Positions 59,058 through 64,000 of a stretch of DNA of 64,000 bases are shown here, in pieces; position 1 is the stretch's first letter, and every line of letters begins with the position of its first letter. The notes beneath the pieces were generated by a model, which saw only the letters and a list, made by a program, of their open reading frames with translations, did not search any database and was not told the DNA's origin. Source of the stretch: Promethearchaeota archaeon (lineage in GTDB: Archaea; Asgardarchaeota; Lokiarchaeia; Sigyniarchaeales; SOKP01); the NCBI GenBank assembly GCA_016840085.1, contig JAEOTA010000004.1, positions 251,957 through 315,956 of the forward strand, written 5' to 3'. A program made the position numbers and the translations under genes.

Positions 59058-59513
59058 TTAAAAAAGTAAAGAGACTACTTTTTCTTCTAAGGTCTGAGTA
59101 CCCGTTCCAAAAAGTTTATCAAGAGTCTCTTTAAAGGGTTCAAACTGAGCCATTTTAGTAAGATTACACCCATTAAATTGGTTTTTAAACCTTTTTAGTA
59201 ATTTTTCTAAAAGGGGCAAAATTGTTTTGTATAAATATTTTTCAAGTCTTTCATCTTTATCTAATACTATAAAAGCAACAGTTTCTTGTTTTTTTCCGAA
59301 ACAATCAATGACTTTACCTTTTTTGAATATTATTGAATATTTACTGCTCTCAAAATATTCTACTGGTTCCATTAAACATTCAGCAAAAGTTAATAACCCA
59401 CTCATTAATCCACTTGAACAAATTAGATTGGTTTGATCTTTACTAGCCCTATGATAACTAGTAAATATAATAGGAATTCCTTGGAATAAAATACCTGCTT
59501 CACGTATTAACAT
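59058..59513 (-). CDS. Stand-alone longin-like domain protein
   Basis: IREAGILFQGIPI, SGLMSGLLTFAE, VEYFES..IIFKK and FKNQF pattern fits beta-beta-alpha-beta-beta-beta-alpha-alpha. Confidence 0.7.
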   Translation of the reverse strand: MLIREAGILFQGIPIIFTSYHRASKDQTNLICSSGLMSGLLTFAECLMEPVEYFESSKYSIIFKKGKVIDCFGKKQETVAFIVLDKDERLEKYLYKTILPLLEKLLKRFKNQFNGCNLTKMAQFEPFKETLDKLFGTGTQTLEEKVVSLLF

Positions 59514-59735
59514 ATCTATTCAGAATAGGTTTGTATTAATTTGCTAATGGGATATATTCTTATGAAAATGCTCCTAATATACACCCAAATTTAATTATTT
59601 AAATTTATTGGTCTTATACGATATTTCGTTGTAATAGAACGACATAATTTTGTTAGGAGTTTTGAGAAATTAATATCGATGATTACTTTTTTATTAATAA
59701 AATATTAGTGATCTCTCTTTATTTATTAGATAAAT

Positions 59736-60471
59736 TTACTCTAATTGTCACCCGACACCAATATACATTAAATATCCGCCTGTTATTATCAATATTAGGC
59801 TTACTATTCCTATTATTATTCTAAATGTGGGAATATTTAAAGTGTTAGAAATAAAAATGCTATACATAAAGGTATAAATTGCACATAATCCAAATGTAAA
59901 AAACCTCCATTTTTTCTTTAGAGAGCTATCATTAAATTTCTTGTATATTTTATAAGAAAGGTAAAGACATGGTCCAACAATTATTATAGATGCAACAATC
60001 ACTACATACATAAAAAATGGGATCATCCAGTGGGGTGTCCATTCGGGTGGGCCGATTTCCACACCCCAGTCTTCAATAAAGAGAAAAAATATCATGCAAA
60101 ACATCGCTATTCCATAACTTATTAATAATATAACCTGTTTACCAATACTCATGACATTTTTTGATTTTAACAAGATTAATTCAGAGATAAGTATAAATAT
60201 AGGGGAATAGAAAGTAAAAAAAATTTGTTATGAAATTCATTATAAGCACTATATCTGCATTAGTAATAGGGGCATATATAAAATTGATAAATAAACTAAT
60301 AGCAATAGATATATAAAACCCGGAAAATATTATATTCAGTTGCTTTCTATCTCGTTTAAGGATTTTTTAAGCTAAATATATAAATATGCTAAACATTACA
60401 CCTTGAGCTATGTAGACGGTTAAGAATCTTGTAATACTTAACTGATAAAGAAATATCTTGAAATCAAGCAA
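59736..60471 (-). pseudogene. Degraded paralog of the 7TM protein at 57019..57738
   Basis: TTG 60471; premature TAA at 60367-69 (LA*KILKR vs LAYRILKR); frameshift in the A run 60216-23; possible second early stop TGA 59748-50 before QLE*. Confidence 0.8.
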
Positions 60472-60574
60472 AAGATTTTTTTCTTCTATGAAAATTTAAT
60501 CTGCTAATGATATATTTAAGACTTATTATTAATAGTTTTTATCTTAAATTAAAAAATACCTAAGCAATAAATTT

Positions 60575-61702
60575 CTATATTGAAAAAATGTCATCAATGA
60601 TATTTTTAATAGGATAAAATATAGCTAAATCTCCATCCCAATCAATTAAAACATTTTTATATATTTTTTCAACTTTTAGAATTAATTTTTTTAGGTTATG
60701 TTGAAAATATTTCAATTCTTCTTTACTAATTAATACTCCTGTTATAATATCGCTGGAAAAAATGGTAACAATTTTTCCTTTCTTCTTTATAACAGAAAGT
60801 TTGTGATCTAAGGTGCCAATTAATTCACTAAGCATGATATTGACAGATGTTAATGCTCCAGATTTGAACTGGCTTTCCAAAAAATTCATACTATCAGTAA
60901 ACGAGTAATTATATAAACAAAGTCCAGCTTGATTCATAATACATATATTTTCAATTTTATTTTGCCAATCATATTCAAAAAAGGGTGGAAATTTTCTAAA
61001 AAAAATGAAAATTAAGCCAATTGCTATTAATTGTAAGTTAATCCCGATTAACCGAAATACAAGATCTAAAGTATCGATAATCAATTCCATTGAAAGAATA
61101 TACCCTCCCAGTATAAGTGCTAGAATTAATGTCATTTTTAAGGCTCCCTTTGAAATAATTTCTTGTTCTTTAGATTTTTTACCAAAATCTTTAACATATA
61201 TTATAAAAAACAAGATGAACAATGGCCATGAGAGAATTGAAAGAGACTTGGCGATTTCTAAACTAAAGAAAAAAATAATTAAGAAAATTGATAATTGGAC
61301 TGAAAAACATACTGTAAAAAAAAACTTTTTAAACAGAAATTTTTTATAATTTTCCATGAAAACTATAAAAAACAATGCGGCTATCATTATTGAAAGAAAA
61401 CCAAGATTTAAAAAAAGATTTCTGTAATTCCCATACGACCAAATCAAAAATGGAGAAATTATAATGTCGTTAGAATAGTAATCAGCTATTAGAAAGAACA
61501 TCCTCATTAAGTAAAATCCATAAAATAATGCAGAAAATCCTAAATCTTGCGAATTTTTAAGTTGTTTTGGTTGTTTTATATATTTGATTAGAAAAAGTAT
61601 CCCTAATTCAAGAGAGAAAAAAACAAATATCCATTCCATTACTAAAGAAACAATTCTTAGTGGACCAGTTATAGGAAATTCGAGAAATATAATATTAATC
61701 AT
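60575..61702 (-). CDS. 7TM membrane protein fused to a C-terminal longin-like domain
   Basis: Seven TMs; linker FPPFFEYDW; then ICIMNQAGLCLY...SGALTSVNIMLSE...WDGDLAIF. Confidence 0.8.
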   Translation of the reverse strand: MINIIFLEFPITGPLRIVSLVMEWIFVFFSLELGILFLIKYIKQPKQLKNSQDLGFSALFYGFYLMRMFFLIADYYSNDIIISPFLIWSYGNYRNLFLNLGFLSIMIAALFFIVFMENYKKFLFKKFFFTVCFSVQLSIFLIIFFFSLEIAKSLSILSWPLFILFFIIYVKDFGKKSKEQEIISKGALKMTLILALILGGYILSMELIIDTLDLVFRLIGINLQLIAIGLIFIFFRKFPPFFEYDWQNKIENICIMNQAGLCLYNYSFTDSMNFLESQFKSGALTSVNIMLSELIGTLDHKLSVIKKKGKIVTIFSSDIITGVLISKEELKYFQHNLKKLILKVEKIYKNVLIDWDGDLAIFYPIKNIIDDIFSI

Positions 61703-61705
61703 CGT

Positions 61706-62872
61706 CTATTGTTGTATAATTTTTGTCATAATAAAGTCAAAACTACCAAATATCTTTTCTTGCTGTCCTTTCAAATTATTTAAATTTAATAGAATCTCTT
61801 TAAAAAAAGATTCAAATTGTGTCCTTATAGATTTTAGAAGATGATGTGCGCTAATTAAATCTTTCTTTACAACTAAAAGATATGTTATATACGCTTGATT
61901 AACTCCATATTCTAAAAAAATATAATAATCTCCTTGATTTATTTTATTAATTCTTTCATTTTTAGTATCAGTGATAATTGTGATAATATATTCGATTCCC
62001 ATTATTCCCCTTGGAAAAAATTTGTCTTTATTATAAAGATAACTTTGATTAGAGTCTTTATAATCATTAGTTTGTTCAATAAAATTACAAGAATAAAGAC
62101 AACTCTTATTTTGTTGATTAATTATAAATAACTTGGACAGATTTTCTCTCCATTCAAATTCATAAAATGGAGGAAAGTTATAAACAGAAAAGGACATAAT
62201 AATGAATCCTATTAATAACTCACTTATTCCTGTGAAATATATTATTTCATTAATAATTGGAGGTAAAACACCTAATCCTACTAATGATGCAAATATTAAA
62301 GCAAACAAACTTACTATTGATCCAATAAAAAATAATTTAAACTTCTTTTTGATACTACCTACTGACTTTTTAATCAATATTAATTGAAATCTTATAATAT
62401 ATAAACCATTTAGTATAACAAAAGAAATAGTCGCAAGAAAAATTGGCGAACGTATGGAAGGTACTAAAAAAACCAGTATAACAGGTATGAAATTTAGAAT
62501 CATCAAGATTTTAGCGGTTATTTGATTAATAATAATTGAAAAGTCTTTCTTTATTATAAAAAAAGAAACACTTATAGTAGAAAAAAAAGCTATACACCAT
62601 CCCATTCTGTATATAACCTCATATAAAAGTCCTTTTTCAATAAAATTTCTTGATATCTGTATAAACAATGGTCCTAAAACCATAACTATAATAAACGTCC
62701 CAAAAGCTAATAAAATCCTATTTAATGGAAGATTTACATCTTGGATTTTATAATATTGATAAAAAAAAAAGAAGGCTAACTGAACACCTATAATTACTGG
62801 CACTAAATAACCGAGAAATTGTATTTCTTTACTAACTTCAATTTCAAAAAACATTTTATGTATATTTGCCAA
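61706..62872 (-). CDS. 7TM membrane protein fused to a C-terminal longin-like domain
   Basis: Seven TMs; linker FPPFYEFEW; then LFIINQQNKSCLY...GIMGIEYII...INKINQGDYYIFLEYG...FESFF. Confidence 0.8.
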   Translation of the reverse strand: MANIHKMFFEIEVSKEIQFLGYLVPVIIGVQLAFFFFYQYYKIQDVNLPLNRILLAFGTFIIVMVLGPLFIQISRNFIEKGLLYEVIYRMGWCIAFFSTISVSFFIIKKDFSIIINQITAKILMILNFIPVILVFLVPSIRSPIFLATISFVILNGLYIIRFQLILIKKSVGSIKKKFKLFFIGSIVSLFALIFASLVGLGVLPPIINEIIYFTGISELLIGFIIMSFSVYNFPPFYEFEWRENLSKLFIINQQNKSCLYSCNFIEQTNDYKDSNQSYLYNKDKFFPRGIMGIEYIITIITDTKNERINKINQGDYYIFLEYGVNQAYITYLLVVKKDLISAHHLLKSIRTQFESFFKEILLNLNNLKGQQEKIFGSFDFIMTKIIQQ

Positions 62873-62978
62873 ATTTAAACTGCTTATATGTATTTCTAAT
62901 GTTAATTTCCACTAATTAATGTTAATTATTTTTTTTTAAAAATTCAATAATATACATTAAAATTAAATATTGATTCGC

Positions 62979-63512
62979 TTATAATAAATTGAAATCTTTC
63001 AGAATTTTTCTTACCAAAATTTCGAATATGAATTCCACATTTTCTCCTGTTTTAGATGAGCTTTTTATATATTTAAATAAATTGTATTGTTGCGCTAATT
63101 CTTCTGATTTTTTATCTGAGACAACTATTTGATCTTGAAGATCTAACTTTCCGCCAACCATTAGTATAGGTACATCTTTTTCAGCAGATAATCCATTTGT
63201 GAAATTTTCCAACCATTCATCAATTCTATTTAATGTACTCTCTCTTGTGAGATCAAACATAAAAATTCCTGCAGAAGATCCTCTTGAATATAAAGGTAAT
63301 AGAAACTGGAACACTTTCTCTCCACCAAAATCCCAAACTTGTAGTGCAATTCTTATATCTTCGATTTCGATAAATTTAAGAAAGATCTCAGCACCCATAG
63401 TAAGTTTGATATCCTCCTCAAAATAACCTGTAAGATAGCGTCGAGCTAAGGTAGTTTTTCCTACACCAGTTTCTCCAAATATACATATTTTATAAGCCAT
63501 TTCTTTTTTCAT
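62979..63512 (-). CDS. Ras-superfamily small GTPase (Rab-like)
   Basis: G1 GETGVGKT, G2 LTMG, G3 WDFGGE, G4 GKLD, G5 SSK; no C-terminal Cys. Confidence 0.92.
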   Translation of the reverse strand: MKKEMAYKICIFGETGVGKTTLARRYLTGYFEEDIKLTMGAEIFLKFIEIEDIRIALQVWDFGGEKVFQFLLPLYSRGSSAGIFMFDLTRESTLNRIDEWLENFTNGLSAEKDVPILMVGGKLDLQDQIVVSDKKSEELAQQYNLFKYIKSSSKTGENVEFIFEILVRKILKDFNLL

Positions 63513-63940
63513 CTATATCATCTCTTACTTATTATATAATTAACAATAATCAAATTTGAGTTACTTTTAAACTAAATTGGCAATTATAATTCTCAACCTG
63601 CTTATTAAGTAAAAATAATTAAGTTAGATAAGTACTATGCCAAATTTTAATGAAATATATTCTTAAAATCTTTTCAGATTAACACAAAAATTCAATTATT
63701 TAAATTTAAATTTATTTGAATATTTTTCTATTTAAAAAGACAACAAAATGGTATAAAGAGTATTTAGATTTTTTAAATGATTAATAGAAAAACTATTATT
63801 AAATCTAAGAGATATTGAATTAATAGTATCTAATTTGAAATGAAATTAATAATAAAAATAAAACAAAAAAAAATAGAATTGAGTAAATTTTAACTTTAAA
63901 TCTTTTTATTTTTTTCTATTTATTTACTTGATTTTTCGAG

Positions 63941-64000
63941 CTAGAATAATAATCCATAACGATTTTTAATTCGTCGGCGTAATACTTCCTCTGAATTGAA
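63941..64000 (-). CDS. 3' end of a gene entering from beyond the window
   Basis: Open frame FNSEEVLRRRIKNRYGLLF* with higher GC than the flanking intergenic DNA. Confidence 0.45.
   Translation of the reverse strand, partial: FNSEEVLRRRIKNRYGLLF

Noticed and set aside
59736-59750. In-frame TGA as selenocysteine recoding
   Set aside because: The gene has other inactivating lesions, the position is not a Cys-like site, and no SECIS-like hairpin was seen
551-63426. Many 60-140 aa ORFs antisense to or nested in longer genes (e.g. 551..778, 18582..19001, 29768..30142, 61005..61349)
   Set aside because: They overlap well-supported genes, have no recognisable motifs, and look like shadow frames of hydrophobic or AT-rich coding sequence
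63513-63940. Long AT-rich intergenic region as a replication origin
   Set aside because: No ORB-like repeats and no adjacent cdc6/orc1 gene are visible

Overview
Very AT-rich archaeal chromosomal window, most likely from a Lokiarchaeia (Asgard) genome. This is inferred from an IPGY-TM-basic Loki-CTERM-type tail, longin-like domains, a Rab-like GTPase, crenarchaeal-type PolB1, tetraether synthase and an intron-containing tRNA. Left to right it holds: (1) a Liv-type branched-chain amino acid ABC operon; (2) a 2838-aa protein with about 85-90 hydrophobic helices and a visible ~130-aa 4-TM internal repeat; (3) a GH4 glycosidase, then a two-hairpin structured RNA candidate ahead of a small ORF; (4) aminotransferase, MFS, Fe-S, enoyl-CoA hydratase and MBL genes; (5) a ~13-kb phosphate island (three DUF47, PiT, AbrB-PhoU, a non-Pst ABC importer with asymmetric ATPases, Ppa, an alkaline-phosphatase-superfamily enzyme) with a shared 18-bp promoter motif; (6) tRNA-Thr(UGU) with a D-loop intron; (7) PolB1 with a LAGLIDADG intein; (8) a tes/lipid-kinase/START cluster; (9) pncB, a frameshifted SDR, a SAP-SWIM-OB protein, TetR and a solo TnpB; (10) lipase, PHP, Mre11-like and NadM-like genes; (11) a terminal cluster of 7TM proteins, 7TM-longin fusions, a solo longin and a Rab-like GTPase. 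The best candidates for undescribed systems are the 7TM-longin/small-GTPase module, the phosphate-island ABC importer with its putative operator, the giant polytopic protein and the structured RNA. All calls are by eye; no database searches were run.
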